From positions 101,246 through 165,245 of the forward strand of contig WOZJ01000057.1 of NCBI GenBank assembly GCA_011620345.1: a DNA stretch of 64,000 bases, written 5' to 3'. The position numbers were made by a program, and so were the translations under genes. Source of the DNA: Nitrospirota bacterium. GTDB taxonomy: Bacteria; UBA2233. Below the pieces are notes generated by a model. The model was not told where the DNA came from. It did not search any database and saw only the letters and a program-made list of their open reading frames with translations. Position 1 is the stretch's first letter. Every line of letters starts with the position of its first letter. Shown piece after piece: positions 28,488 through 38,396 of the stretch.

Positions 28488-29384
28488 GTGGACGGCCTTC
28501 GCTTGTTGCCCCCAAAGCCGCTTGGCGAATGTACGAGCCTAAGAGTAGGCGGGACGCCGGAATACCTTGCCGAGGTGTTCCATGAAGACGGCTTGGGGGA
28601 GCTTGCCTTGCTCAATAGGTCCTACCGGGTCCTTGGACGTGGCAGCAACCTTCTTGTGGACGACGGGAAGCTTCCTTTTGGGGTAGTTCGTCTTGCTGGA
28701 GCGTTGACCAAGGTTTGGCCGGTTGTGGGCGGCGAAGGAGATGCCGTTTTCTTGGAGGCGTTTTCCGGCGCGTCCTTGAGGGCAGTCGCGAAGATGGCGC
28801 TCGATATAGGAGGAGGAGGGCTTGAGTTCGGCATTACAATTCCAGGAAGCCTTGGCGGGGCGCTTAGGATGAATGCTGGGGCCCATGGCCAGGAAATTGG
28901 CCCGTTGGTCGAGTCGCTCACCGTTTTTGACCCAAAAAAAGGGGTTTTTCGAGAGCTAAGAAAACCGGAGTTTTCTTTCGGCTACCGGTCGCTTTCCGTG
29001 GGGGGTTCTAGCGATGAATCGCCATTTTTGATCAAGGCCCTGCTTCTTTTAACCAGGCGTGACCCAAAAGACATCCGTACGACGATGGACGCGTTCCTTT
29101 CGAGGCGAAAAGCGACCCAACCTTCTGGGGTGTATTCGTGTGGCTGCGTGTTCAAAAATCCGCCCCCACCTATTCCCCCCGCGGGGAGGCTCCTTGATTT
29201 ATCCGGCCTCAAGGGGGCTTGCATAGGGGGGGCGATGGTATCAAAGGCTCACGCAAATTTTTTCGTCAATGTAGGCAATGCCAGCGCATCGGACTTCTTT
29301 CGTTTGATCAATATGGCCAGGACCCGGGTGCTAAAAGACCACGGGATTGAGCTTTCGCTTGAGGTAGAGGTATGGAAGGGTTAG
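28488..29384 (+). CDS. murB: UDP-N-acetylenolpyruvoylglucosamine reductase MurB
   Basis: FAD-binding domain and MurB C-terminal domain pattern. GTG start after the murC stop. Confidence 0.85.
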   Translation: MDGLRLLPPKPLGECTSLRVGGTPEYLAEVFHEDGLGELALLNRSYRVLGRGSNLLVDDGKLPFGVVRLAGALTKVWPVVGGEGDAVFLEAFSGASLRAVAKMALDIGGGGLEFGITIPGSLGGALRMNAGAHGQEIGPLVESLTVFDPKKGVFRELRKPEFSFGYRSLSVGGSSDESPFLIKALLLLTRRDPKDIRTTMDAFLSRRKATQPSGVYSCGCVFKNPPPPIPPAGRLLDLSGLKGACIGGAMVSKAHANFFVNVGNASASDFFRLINMARTRVLKDHGIELSLEVEVWKG

Positions 29385-30331
29385 ACGGTATCCGGGTGGT
29401 TGTCCTCATGGGGGGCAAATCCAAAGAAAGGGAGGTCTCGATCAGTACGGGCCAAGCGGTGATCGAGGCCTGCCGATCGCTCGGGGCCAAAGAATTGGTG
29501 ACGTTCGACCCGGCAGCTGACCCGTTAGAGCGGCTCATCTGCCTAAGGCCCTTTGTCGCCTTCAACGCGCTGCACGGCAGGTTCGGGGAGGACGGTTGCA
29601 TGCAAGGGTTTTTGGAGGTCCTTAACGTTCCCTACACAGGCCCTGGGGTGCTTGCTTGCGCATTGTCCATGAACAAGTGGCTTACGAAGAAAGTTCTTTT
29701 GGCCAACGGCCTTCCGGTTCCTCGTGCAGTCTACCTTGCGGCAGGCCAAGGGGAAGATTTGAGGGGAGTTCTTCAGGTGGCCGAGCTCGGGTTTCCTTTG
29801 GTCGTCAAACCAAACGAGGAAGGTTCTAGCTTGGGGATCACACTTGCAAGGGCCGAGCCCGAGCTTCAAGGTGGGCTCGATATGGCCAGAGCCTTTGATG
29901 GGGGCGTTCTCATCGAGGAGTACATCGAGGGGGCGGAAGTTCAGGTGGCCGTTCTCGAGGGGAAGGTCTTAGGGAGCATCGAGATTCTGCCCGAAGGAGG
30001 GTTTTACGATTACCGTGCAAAGTACACTCCCGGCGCATCAAGGCACGTCATTCCTCCAAAGATAGAGCCTTCTATACTCCAAGAGGTCGAGCGTGTCGCG
30101 CTCGAAACTCACAAGGCGCTTTGCCTTGAGCCTTTGAGCCGCGTCGATATTCGCGTCCACCCGAAGAATGGCCCGTTTATTCTTGAGGCAAACGCCTTGC
30201 CTGGGATGACGCCGACAAGCCTCGTCCCGGAAATTGCTCGGTATGCTGGCATTCCCTTTGTACAGCTTGTTTGGTCGTTGATTCGAAACGCCTTAAAGCG
30301 CTCGAATGTCGGGCAATTTTCTTATTCCTAA
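29372..30331 (+). CDS. ddl: D-alanine--D-alanine ligase Ddl
   Basis: ATP-grasp. N-terminal VVVLMGGKSKEREVSISTG and the C-terminal ATP-grasp loop. Confidence 0.9.
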   Translation: MEGLDGIRVVVLMGGKSKEREVSISTGQAVIEACRSLGAKELVTFDPAADPLERLICLRPFVAFNALHGRFGEDGCMQGFLEVLNVPYTGPGVLACALSMNKWLTKKVLLANGLPVPRAVYLAAGQGEDLRGVLQVAELGFPLVVKPNEEGSSLGITLARAEPELQGGLDMARAFDGGVLIEEYIEGAEVQVAVLEGKVLGSIEILPEGGFYDYRAKYTPGASRHVIPPKIEPSILQEVERVALETHKALCLEPLSRVDIRVHPKNGPFILEANALPGMTPTSLVPEIARYAGIPFVQLVWSLIRNALKRSNVGQFSYS

Positions 30332-30339
30332 AGGGAGCG

Positions 30340-31587
30340 ATGCACCGTAAGCCGAGGAGTATCGTTGGGATCGATATCGGGACGACCAAGGTCGTTACGC
30401 TTATCGCCGAGGAAAGGGGTGAAACATTAGAGCTATGCGGTGTTGGCCATGTTCCTTCTCAAGGGCTTAAGAAGGGAATGGTTGTAGACATCGAGAAAGC
30501 GAGCCATGCCTTAAGGCAATCGATCTCCCGGGCCGAAGAAATGGCAGGCGTTCGGGTGGAAGGGGCATGGGCGAGCGTCGGAGGAAGCCATATCCGCGTT
30601 CAGCCGTACAAAACGGCGCTTTCGCTGGGAGGCAGGGCTGTGCTCAGAGAGGATATCTCGCAGGTCGTTGACGTTGCTCAGGAGATTCTATTGGACGAGG
30701 GCAGGGAAGTGCTTCACGTTCTTCCTAAGGGGTTCTGGATCGACGGTCATGGGGGGATCTTGAACCCCCTAGGGATGATTGGCATGCAGCTTGAGCTTGA
30801 TGCAACCGTTGTTACGGCCCAAATGGGACCGCTTCGAAACATCCAGAGACTCCTGGAGAGCGCTGGGGTTGAACCCCTTGGCTTGGTGCTCCAACCCTTA
30901 GCGAGCGCAGAGGCGGTGCTGACGCAAGAAGAGAAAGATCTTGGAGTCGTATTGGTGGATATCGGCGGGGGGACTTCGGATGTGATGGTTTACGCCGATG
31001 GTGCCCCTCGTTACGTTGGGGTCGTTGGCTTGGGGGGGGCGCACATTACGCGCGACATAGCAGCGGCGTTCAAAATCGGCCTGCAAGAAGCCGAGCGACT
31101 CAAAAGGGAGTATGGGTGTACCAGCGAACGGTTCCTTAAGGAAGCCGAGAACCAGGAAGAAATAGAGCTCGTTCTCGCTTACGACAAAGATAGGCGGCCC
31201 GTCAGAATCGAAAAGCTATGTCTCGTCGTTGAGGCTAGGGTTCATGAAATTCTGGAGCTTGTACAAAGGGAGATCGGCAAAGGAGGAGTCGATCAAGGCC
31301 AATACTCAGAGCTCGTCCTTTGTGGCGGGTCGAGCGTTCTAAGGGGGTTTAAAGAGGCCGCTTCTGAAGTGTTTGGCCTGCCTTCACGGATCGGAATCCC
31401 GGCCTACCGCCTAAAAGGCCCTTTTGAGCTCGTGGCGAAACCTGGGTTTGCCACCGGAGTCGGCCTTTTAGCCTATGCCAGGCTGAACGGCGACCAAGCT
31501 CCCGAAGCCAAAGCGCCGCTAGGCTGGATAGCCAGGGTAAAACAACTCCTAAAAGAGGTGAGGAAGCTATGGGGAAGAACGGACTAG
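30340..31587 (+). CDS. ftsA: Cell division protein FtsA
   Basis: Actin-like ATPase [15 protein letters not shown] aagggag 3 nt upstream of the ATG at 30340. Begins directly after ddl with no ftsQ between them. Confidence 0.85.
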   Translation: MHRKPRSIVGIDIGTTKVVTLIAEERGETLELCGVGHVPSQGLKKGMVVDIEKASHALRQSISRAEEMAGVRVEGAWASVGGSHIRVQPYKTALSLGGRAVLREDISQVVDVAQEILLDEGREVLHVLPKGFWIDGHGGILNPLGMIGMQLELDATVVTAQMGPLRNIQRLLESAGVEPLGLVLQPLASAEAVLTQEEKDLGVVLVDIGGGTSDVMVYADGAPRYVGVVGLGGAHITRDIAAAFKIGLQEAERLKREYGCTSERFLKEAENQEEIELVLAYDKDRRPVRIEKLCLVVEARVHEILELVQREIGKGGVDQGQYSELVLCGGSSVLRGFKEAASEVFGLPSRIGIPAYRLKGPFELVAKPGFATGVGLLAYARLNGDQAPEAKAPLGWIARVKQLLKEVRKLWGRTD

Positions 31588-32696
31588 GGACGTTGGACGT
31601 CAAAGCCCGCATCAAAGTTATCGGAGTCGGCGGTGGCGGCGGAAACGCCGTGAACAATATGCTTGATTCTGGCGTTGAGGGGGTTGAGTTTATCGTCTCC
31701 AATACGGACTATCAAGTGCTCCTCCAGAGTAAGGCGAGCGTGACGATCCAGCTGGGGACGTCCGTTACGAAAGGACTTGGGGCCGGGGCCAACCCGGAAG
31801 TAGGTCGTCAGGCTGCGCTCGAGTCCAAAGGGGAGATTGAGCGCGCCCTCATGGGTGCCGATATGGTGTTTGTTACGGCTGGAATGGGCGGGGGAACGGG
31901 AACTGGAGGAGCGCCGATTGTTGCGGCCATCGCAAAGAACCTTGGCATTCTAACCGTCGGGGTTGTAACGAAACCCTTCTTGTTCGAAGGTAAACGCAGA
32001 ATGCGCCTTGCAGAGCAAGGAATCAGGGAGCTCAAAGAGTGCGTGGATACGCTCATAACAATTCCGAACCAAAAGCTTTTGACGATCGCGTCGAAGGAAA
32101 CGCGCCTTCTGGACGCCTTTAAGAGGGCCGATGATGTCCTTAAGGAAGCCGTCAAGGGGATTTCTGATTTGATCGTCCAGCCTGGGCTGATCAACCTAGA
32201 CTTTGCAGACGTCCGAACGGTCATGTCCGAAACGGGCCTGGCTATTATGGGCGTGGGTATAGCCGAAGGAGATGGCCGGGCTATTAATGCCGCACGGATG
32301 GCCGTATCGAGCAACTTACTCGAGGACGGCAGGATTGGCGGGGCACGCGGAATTTTAATCAACATCACAGGCGGCGCGTCGCTTACGATGTATGAAATCA
32401 ACGAAGCGGCAACGCTCATCCAAGAGGAGGCCCACGAAGATGCCAACATCATCTTTGGGGCCGTGATCGACGAAAGCATGGGAGAGCAGGTTCGGATCAC
32501 CGTGATCGCTACAGGCTTCGGGGAAAAGGATGAGAAAGTTTATCCTTTCGTCTCTGAGCCCGTTCGAATTAAGCGCGAACCGGAGCCCGCTTCGGAGGTG
32601 CGCCAGCCTTCCCGAATCTTCAACCTCGAGAAAGATGACGGTGAAGAGCTTGAAGACCTCGATATTCCGACATTCCTAAGGCGCCAGCTGGAGTAA
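31569..32696 (+). CDS. ftsZ: Cell division GTPase FtsZ
   Basis: Tubulin signature [14 protein letters not shown]7 loop and an acidic C-terminal tail with the conserved C-terminal peptide DIPTFLRRQ. Confidence 0.95.
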   Translation: MGKNGLGTLDVKARIKVIGVGGGGGNAVNNMLDSGVEGVEFIVSNTDYQVLLQSKASVTIQLGTSVTKGLGAGANPEVGRQAALESKGEIERALMGADMVFVTAGMGGGTGTGGAPIVAAIAKNLGILTVGVVTKPFLFEGKRRMRLAEQGIRELKECVDTLITIPNQKLLTIASKETRLLDAFKRADDVLKEAVKGISDLIVQPGLINLDFADVRTVMSETGLAIMGVGIAEGDGRAINAARMAVSSNLLEDGRIGGARGILINITGGASLTMYEINEAATLIQEEAHEDANIIFGAVIDESMGEQVRITVIATGFGEKDEKVYPFVSEPVRIKREPEPASEVRQPSRIFNLEKDDGEELEDLDIPTFLRRQLE

Positions 32697-32709
32697 GCCC
32701 TTCGGTGGC

Positions 32710-33591
32710 CTACTGGAGGAGCTCGGCCAACGGGAAATCCTTGAGCTTCAAAACTGTCGTGGAGCCGCGAATGGGAAGCTGGAACAGGCTAGAATCGAAG
32801 CCAGGAGGAACCCTAAATGAGCTGATCCAAAGATGCATACGAACGTGCCGGTTAGCCATGTAGAGTTTTGCGCTTCTAGCGATGGAGAACGAACCTACGT
32901 TGAAGTGCTCTTTGTAGCGTGCAAAGACGAGCACATCTCCCTTGGTGTTCCGGATTTCCCCTTCTTCGCACGGTTCTTGTCCGCAGTTTCCAACGAACCA
33001 TTCCACCCTTCTCGATTTCCAAGCCATGCGGACGCCTGAGCGCGTTGCGGAAATTTCCGGCAGGCCTTGCGGAGCCAATCCTGCCCATCCGATAAGCAGC
33101 CTTGAAAAAGTGAGCCATGTTAAGCCTTCAAGGGTTGTGCCCTGAAGCGAAAGATCCGATGCCGGCCCAACATAGGCCCTGTCTTTGGATGGGTCGAAAA
33201 AGAGAACGTTTGCATTTCTGATAAGAAGACTTGCAAGCGTAAGCCCAAACGGATCTAGAAAATCCATCCGAAACATACCGGGAGGCTGAGAAAAGAGCTC
33301 GACGTGGAAGCGCTCTTTTTTCTTAGTGAATCCTTTCGCCACTTCGATTTCGAACGACCCCCTTGCCTGCCAAGGGAACTCTTGTTGCTGCCTGGCGAAG
33401 AACTTTTGAAGCATCCTGTCTAAGTTTTGCTTCGCCGGCTTATGTAGCGCGCATCCCCCTGCGCAGAGCGCAAGGACCAGTCCGAAGATGAGCCAGTACC
33501 TTAAAGTGAGGACTGATTGAGGATGCTCCGGATCTTTTCCTCGATAGCCTCCGGGGATTCCGGCTTGTTTTCGAGCGCCTTCTTGTAACAT
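32710..33591 (-). CDS. Putative lipoprotein with a LolA/LolB-like (DUF4292-like) fold (start uncertain)
   Basis: Hydrophobic leader ending LALCAGGCA (possible lipobox) followed by a ~230 aa beta-rich domain. Family assignment is weak. Confidence 0.4.
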   Translation of the reverse strand: MLQEGARKQAGIPGGYRGKDPEHPQSVLTLRYWLIFGLVLALCAGGCALHKPAKQNLDRMLQKFFARQQQEFPWQARGSFEIEVAKGFTKKKERFHVELFSQPPGMFRMDFLDPFGLTLASLLIRNANVLFFDPSKDRAYVGPASDLSLQGTTLEGLTWLTFSRLLIGWAGLAPQGLPEISATRSGVRMAWKSRRVEWFVGNCGQEPCEEGEIRNTKGDVLVFARYKEHFNVGSFSIARSAKLYMANRHVRMHLWISSFRVPPGFDSSLFQLPIRGSTTVLKLKDFPLAELLQ

Positions 33592-35252
33592 TGAAGCGCC
33601 TTGTCGGGGTTGTTGTGGACGAGATAAGCATCGCCCATGTGTTCTAAAATTACCGGATCGTTTGGCTCAAGTTTTAAGGCACGCTCGAGCTGGGCGATGG
33701 CTTCCTCGATTCGGCCCAGCTTAAAATACGCCCAGCCAAGACTGTCCGCGATAAAGGCAGCATCCGGCTTGAGGGCGAGCGCTCGTGTCAACAACGAAAG
33801 CGCCTCGTCTAACCGGATACCGCGTTCTGCAAACGAGTAACCTAAGAAGTTGAGCGCATCGGGATCGTTCGGGTTTGTCTGGAGATACCCTCGAACGAGG
33901 GCCTCGGCTTTTCCAAGTTGGCCGTGTTTATCGTAGTAGAATGCAAGCGAGAGCAGATAGCTCTTGTTTTTGGGATCTAGGTCGTTGGCATGTTGAAGCG
34001 CTGCGATAGCCCTGTCATATTGCTTGACGTTGGCATGGATTTCGCCCAGAAGAGCCCAAAGGTTTGGGTTGTCTTTTTGCGTTTTGAGCGCTCCCTCGAG
34101 CGCATTGATTGCCTGCTGGAACAGGCCTTTCTGGGAATAGAGGTATGCCTTGAGCGTTAGGGCTTCGATGTAGACGGCCGAGTCTTCTGGGATCTTCTGG
34201 AGTTCTTCGATCGCCTCGCTTGCATTGCCCGCTTGAGCGAGCGTGTTTGCCAGCAGGTACCTAGCCTCGTCGTTCTTGGGCTCGTCTTCAAGGTAGCCCT
34301 TTAGCTCCTCGGTTGCCTTTTCGTAGTCTTGCAGTTCGTAATACGCAAGCCCAATGCGAACGCGGAGTTCGGATGCCCCCTTAAAGCGCGTCTGCATCCT
34401 CTTGTAATGCTCGAGCGCCTCTTTGTATCGTCCCGTCGTAATAAGAAGCTGTCCGACCTTATCTTGAACGGCAAAGTCGTCCTCATGGCCGGGGAGAAGC
34501 TTGTAGAAGCATGCCAGGGCCCGGGCCGGTTGGCCGGTCTCTTCGTACAGCAACCCTAAATCGAGAAGCACCCCACGGTTATCTGGTTCGATTGCGTAGG
34601 CCTTCTCAAGAGCTTCAATGGCTTTGGTAAGGTCATGTGCCCTGATGTAGAGCCTTCCTAGTAGGACAAGCATGGGAGTGTTGGCGGGGTGTTTATCAAG
34701 GTAAACCTTGAGATAGCGGATGCCTGTTGCAGACTGGTTTCTTTCTAGGCAGAGGCCCCCTAGGGCCAAAAGTACTTTTTTATCATCCGGATCCTTGTCC
34801 GCGATGCCCTTTAGTAGGCTGAACGCGCTGTCGAAGTCACCGTGGGCCATGTAAGTGCCCGCCAACTTTTTGGCGATATCCAACCTATCTGGGTTCTGCT
34901 TGTAGGCCTTTTCCATGAGGGATAGGGCCTGCCGCCTTCTTCCAAAGCGCCCCTCGATCTCAGCAAGCATGACATAGAGGTCGGGTTCTTTGGGATAGAG
35001 GCGGAGTGCTTCGATCGTCCACGCACGGGCTTCGGTAAGCTTTTCCTCGGCAAGCAAGTGCTGAACAAAAAGGCAGCGGGCCAAAAGGTCGGCCTTTTGG
35101 TCTTCCGGCCTGACAAGCAAAATTTCCGGGTGCTGTTCGAGGGCGACTATCGGCTGGTCGGACAAAACCCCGCCGTTCGGCAGGTAGGCTTGACACCCTG
35201 CCATTGTACCCGCAACAAGAAGTCCCATCCAGTGTTTGTTTAGAAAACGCAT
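33501..35252 (-). CDS. Tetratricopeptide-repeat (TPR) protein with N-terminal signal peptide
   Basis: 583 aa with at least 12 consecutive 34-residue TPR units (recurring W-LG-Y..G-Y..A...Y..AL...P pattern). N-terminal signal sequence. Confidence 0.8.
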   Translation of the reverse strand: MRFLNKHWMGLLVAGTMAGCQAYLPNGGVLSDQPIVALEQHPEILLVRPEDQKADLLARCLFVQHLLAEEKLTEARAWTIEALRLYPKEPDLYVMLAEIEGRFGRRRQALSLMEKAYKQNPDRLDIAKKLAGTYMAHGDFDSAFSLLKGIADKDPDDKKVLLALGGLCLERNQSATGIRYLKVYLDKHPANTPMLVLLGRLYIRAHDLTKAIEALEKAYAIEPDNRGVLLDLGLLYEETGQPARALACFYKLLPGHEDDFAVQDKVGQLLITTGRYKEALEHYKRMQTRFKGASELRVRIGLAYYELQDYEKATEELKGYLEDEPKNDEARYLLANTLAQAGNASEAIEELQKIPEDSAVYIEALTLKAYLYSQKGLFQQAINALEGALKTQKDNPNLWALLGEIHANVKQYDRAIAALQHANDLDPKNKSYLLSLAFYYDKHGQLGKAEALVRGYLQTNPNDPDALNFLGYSFAERGIRLDEALSLLTRALALKPDAAFIADSLGWAYFKLGRIEEAIAQLERALKLEPNDPVILEHMGDAYLVHNNPDKALQCYKKALENKPESPEAIEEKIRSILNQSSL

Positions 35253-35262
35253 CGCGAACCCG

Positions 35263-35802
35263 TTAGCTCTTTTGGCCCGAATTCTGGGCGACCGCGAGAG
35301 CTAGCCGATAAAGGGCCCCGTGAAGGCCTTCGGGCATTGCCTCGAACGAAGCGGGTTCGATCCAACCCTCAAGATCTGAGGGGCTGCACCGAACTTGAGT
35401 TGGTTCCTGGCGAGGACGGCTATCCTCGTCGCCTTCAAACAAGTGCGGTGCGTAAAAAAACCGAAGAGCGGAAATTTTTGGCCATTCTGGATAACGTTCG
35501 CGAATGTTTTTTAAAAAAATTCTGCTATAGTGCTGGGCCTCGGAACCCCAGGCGGGATGAGAGCATGCCACCCAAAGTACCCCATGGGCCAGCGTGCCAG
35601 GGAAGATGTGCTTAGAAAACCGAGGCCCCACGATCCATGGCCAATCCTTCCCTAGCTGGAGGAGGTTTCCTAGGCGCTTCAACCCGGGCGCCTTCAGCCC
35701 CCGTTGGAGGAGATGGCCAAGGGCTTGCGGTGAACCTTTTGGGCGGTTATGGTGCCGGGAAGATGATGTTGTCGTTGTTTTTCCTTTCTTACGTGGAGGC
35801 AT
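35263..35802 (-). CDS. DUF721 (DciA-like) protein
   Basis: LGHLLQRGLKAPGLKRLGNLLQLGKDWPWIVGPRFSKHIFPGTLAHGVLWVACSHPAWGSEAQHYSRIFLKNI matches the DUF721/DciA core. Basic N-terminal extension. Confidence 0.55.
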   Translation of the reverse strand: MPPRKKGKTTTTSSSRHHNRPKGSPQALGHLLQRGLKAPGLKRLGNLLQLGKDWPWIVGPRFSKHIFPGTLAHGVLWVACSHPAWGSEAQHYSRIFLKNIRERYPEWPKISALRFFYAPHLFEGDEDSRPRQEPTQVRCSPSDLEGWIEPASFEAMPEGLHGALYRLALAVAQNSGQKS

Positions 35803-35867
35803 GGTTACGTACCTTATTTTTTAGCCCTTGAGCCGCCTCTGTCAAGTCAATCCGGCCACGCATTCTT

Positions 35868-37091
35868 TTATATAAGACGCCTGAGGTGAAACTCAGCCTC
35901 GAACGCCCCGTATAAGTCCAGGTGCTGTTCGGCGTAACGACTAAGCAGAAATTTGGAACGAACCGTTCCTTTGGCTGCACTGCCTATGCGCTTTCTTAGC
36001 TCCGGGTCTTCAAGGAGCCGGACAAGACGCTCTGCAGCCTCGGCAACAGAGTTGACAAGAAAACCGTTTTCCCCATCCTGGATTTGATGGCGGATTCCCC
36101 CGACATTACCCCCGATGACGGGCGTTCCCTTCCACATGGCTTCGGTGACGGTTAGCCCAAAGCCCTCCCTGATTGATTTTTGAAAGATAACGGCCGCCTT
36201 GCGCTGAAGGGCGTTGACAAGCGCGGCATCCTGACAAGACAGGATCAGAATCCGCTCCTCTTGGTGTGACAAGAGTGACTGGTAAACGTCCGGCCCTTCA
36301 GGGTCGTCCGCGGCGATATTCCCCAAAAGGACGAGCGTTGCGTTTATCCTCTTTCTGGCCATTTTGAACGCCTCGATGACGCCGATTGGGTCCTTCCAGC
36401 GGTCGAATCGTGATACCTGCGCAACGATGGGCAAGTCCGTGGGGATTTGATAGTGTGCGAGGCGTTCACCTATTTCATCTTCCGAGAGCGGCTTGTTGGT
36501 CGTCGAGAAGGGATTGATCGCGGGCATGAAGAACAGCTGGGGGACGCGAAGCTCCCTCGCATACTCTGGAATGTGGAAGATGGCAGCATCGTACCGCTCG
36601 ACGGCCTGGGACATCGCTTGCCACAGCAAAGGGTGGGGCTTGCTCAGGTCAATATGGCAGCGCCATATCCAGGGGCAATGCTTTTTGTAAAACTCGATCA
36701 GCAAAAGGGGTTGAGGGTCGTGCACTACGATCATATCCTCGTTGTCAGGATGCATCATGAACGTATTTTTATGAATGGTATCCCGGTAGATCTGGAGTTT
36801 CCTGTCGGTTAAGTTAATATCGCCGCCCTGGAGGGCATTATGAATTTTTTTGGTTACGCTAAAAAAGTCTGGCGAGCCATGAATTGTCCGCCAGTCCGCC
36901 TTGAGCCCGAGGGTTCCAAGAAGGACCATGAGAGAAGACAAAAGTTCGGCTACTCCTCCTCCATAGAACGTGGAATTGATATGGAGCACCCGGAAATCCT
37001 TAAGGCTCATTGCCTTTCGCTGGATACGCTCTACCGCCTCGTTCCCGATCAAAGGCGCGTAATCTTCGATCGTTGCAACCTTCTTATCCAT
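35868..37091 (-). CDS. treT: Trehalose glycosyltransferring synthase TreT (GT4)
   Basis: Aligns along its length to Pyrococcus/Thermococcus TreT: [17 protein letters not shown] ~ [42 protein letters not shown] ~ [45 protein letters not shown] identical. Confidence 0.8.
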   Translation of the reverse strand: [407 protein letters not shown]

Positions 37092-37102
37092 TGGGTCTTC
37101 TC

Positions 37103-38395
37103 CTATACTGTCCAGTTTGGATGGCTCGGCAATACCTCGTCCAAGAAGAAGGATTCAGCCCAGCCTTCAAGCTCCCTTGGGAGGTAAAATGTAGGAGACA
37201 AGAGGCTTTGCCCTGGATCGATCATGCCCTCCTTCGCCGCGATGGCAGAAAGCTCTAGCCCGGGGTATAACCGGATGCCGAGTGTGACCACAACACTCGA
37301 GGGGTTCAGCCCATCAAGGAAGTGAACGCTCTCCAGGACGGTATCTTTCGTTTCTCCGGGGGCACCGATGAGCAAAAAGCAGACCGTTTCGAGCCCAAGG
37401 GCCTTGGCATCCAGTACGCTTCTTTCGATGTGCTCACGCTCAAACCCCTTCTTGAGTGCCATTAAGGAAAGGTTTGAGCCTGATTCGTTGCCTATCGAAA
37501 CCCGTACGCAACCGGCGTCGTGCATTTTCGAAAGCAAACGGGGGTCATGGAACCTAGGGTTGTAGGTACACTCCCAGCTAAGCTCGAGGCGTGTCTCAAG
37601 AAAAGCGTCCACGAGGGTTTCCGTATACGAGGCTGGATGGTTGAACAACGAATCGACGAACGTGAGCTGTGCGATGCCAAAATTGTCAGAAAGCGACCTG
37701 ATTTCCAGGGCTACGTCCTCTGGGCCGCGGAATTTCATCGTCTTGCCCTCCAACCAAGGGTTCGTGCAATAGATGCACTCCATCGGACATCCCCGTCTTG
37801 TTTGGATGTTTAAAGGAAATTGCCTGGTGTCTGCGCCGAGGTAGGGCAAGGGAGAAAAAAGGCTCCTATCTGCCCATACGCCCTCAAACGAAGCCAAGGC
37901 CACGTTGGGTATCCACTCCACCATGTCCGCTGTCCTACGTGCAAGGCCTGGGAAAGAAAAAGTTTTCGAGTCCGCCTCGAGCGCTTCGAGCAGCATGACG
38001 AATGCGCGTTCCCCTTCGCCCTGAATGCCATAATCGGCCCGTAGATAGTCCAGGGCTTCCCTGGGAAAGATGCTGTAGCCTGCACCCCCTACGGCGATAG
38101 GGCCGTAAAAGCGCTTCCGAATGGTATGAATCAGGTTTTTTGCTGTTTCTAAATAAAAAATTGGGGCGCGCATGCATTGGTTGTCTATATTCCGGACCGA
38201 TAGTCCGACGACGTCCGGTTGGAACGATTCAAGCGTGGAAAAAATTGCCGTTTCTGGGTAATTTTCGGAAAACAGGTCTATGCCTTCAACCGTGTGCCCT
38301 GCTTTCTTTGCAGCAGTGGCGATATGTGCAAGCCCTAGCGGATAGGCAGGGTCCGAACCCCGCAGGGCGTTTGGGTTGAGAAGGAGAACGTTCAC
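37103..38395 (-). CDS. B12-binding domain-containing radical SAM protein (class B radical SAM), function unknown
   Basis: N-terminal cobalamin-binding Rossmann-like domain (LLLNPN...YPLGLAHIATAAKKAGHTVEGIDL) and the radical SAM cluster motif CPMECIYC. Confidence 0.8.
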   Translation of the reverse strand: MNVLLLNPNALRGSDPAYPLGLAHIATAAKKAGHTVEGIDLFSENYPETAIFSTLESFQPDVVGLSVRNIDNQCMRAPIFYLETAKNLIHTIRKRFYGPIAVGGAGYSIFPREALDYLRADYGIQGEGERAFVMLLEALEADSKTFSFPGLARRTADMVEWIPNVALASFEGVWADRSLFSPLPYLGADTRQFPLNIQTRRGCPMECIYCTNPWLEGKTMKFRGPEDVALEIRSLSDNFGIAQLTFVDSLFNHPASYTETLVDAFLETRLELSWECTYNPRFHDPRLLSKMHDAGCVRVSIGNESGSNLSLMALKKGFEREHIERSVLDAKALGLETVCFLLIGAPGETKDTVLESVHFLDGLNPSSVVVTLGIRLYPGLELSAIAAKEGMIDPGQSLLSPTFYLPRELEGWAESFFLDEVLPSHPNWTV

Positions 38396-38396
38396 C

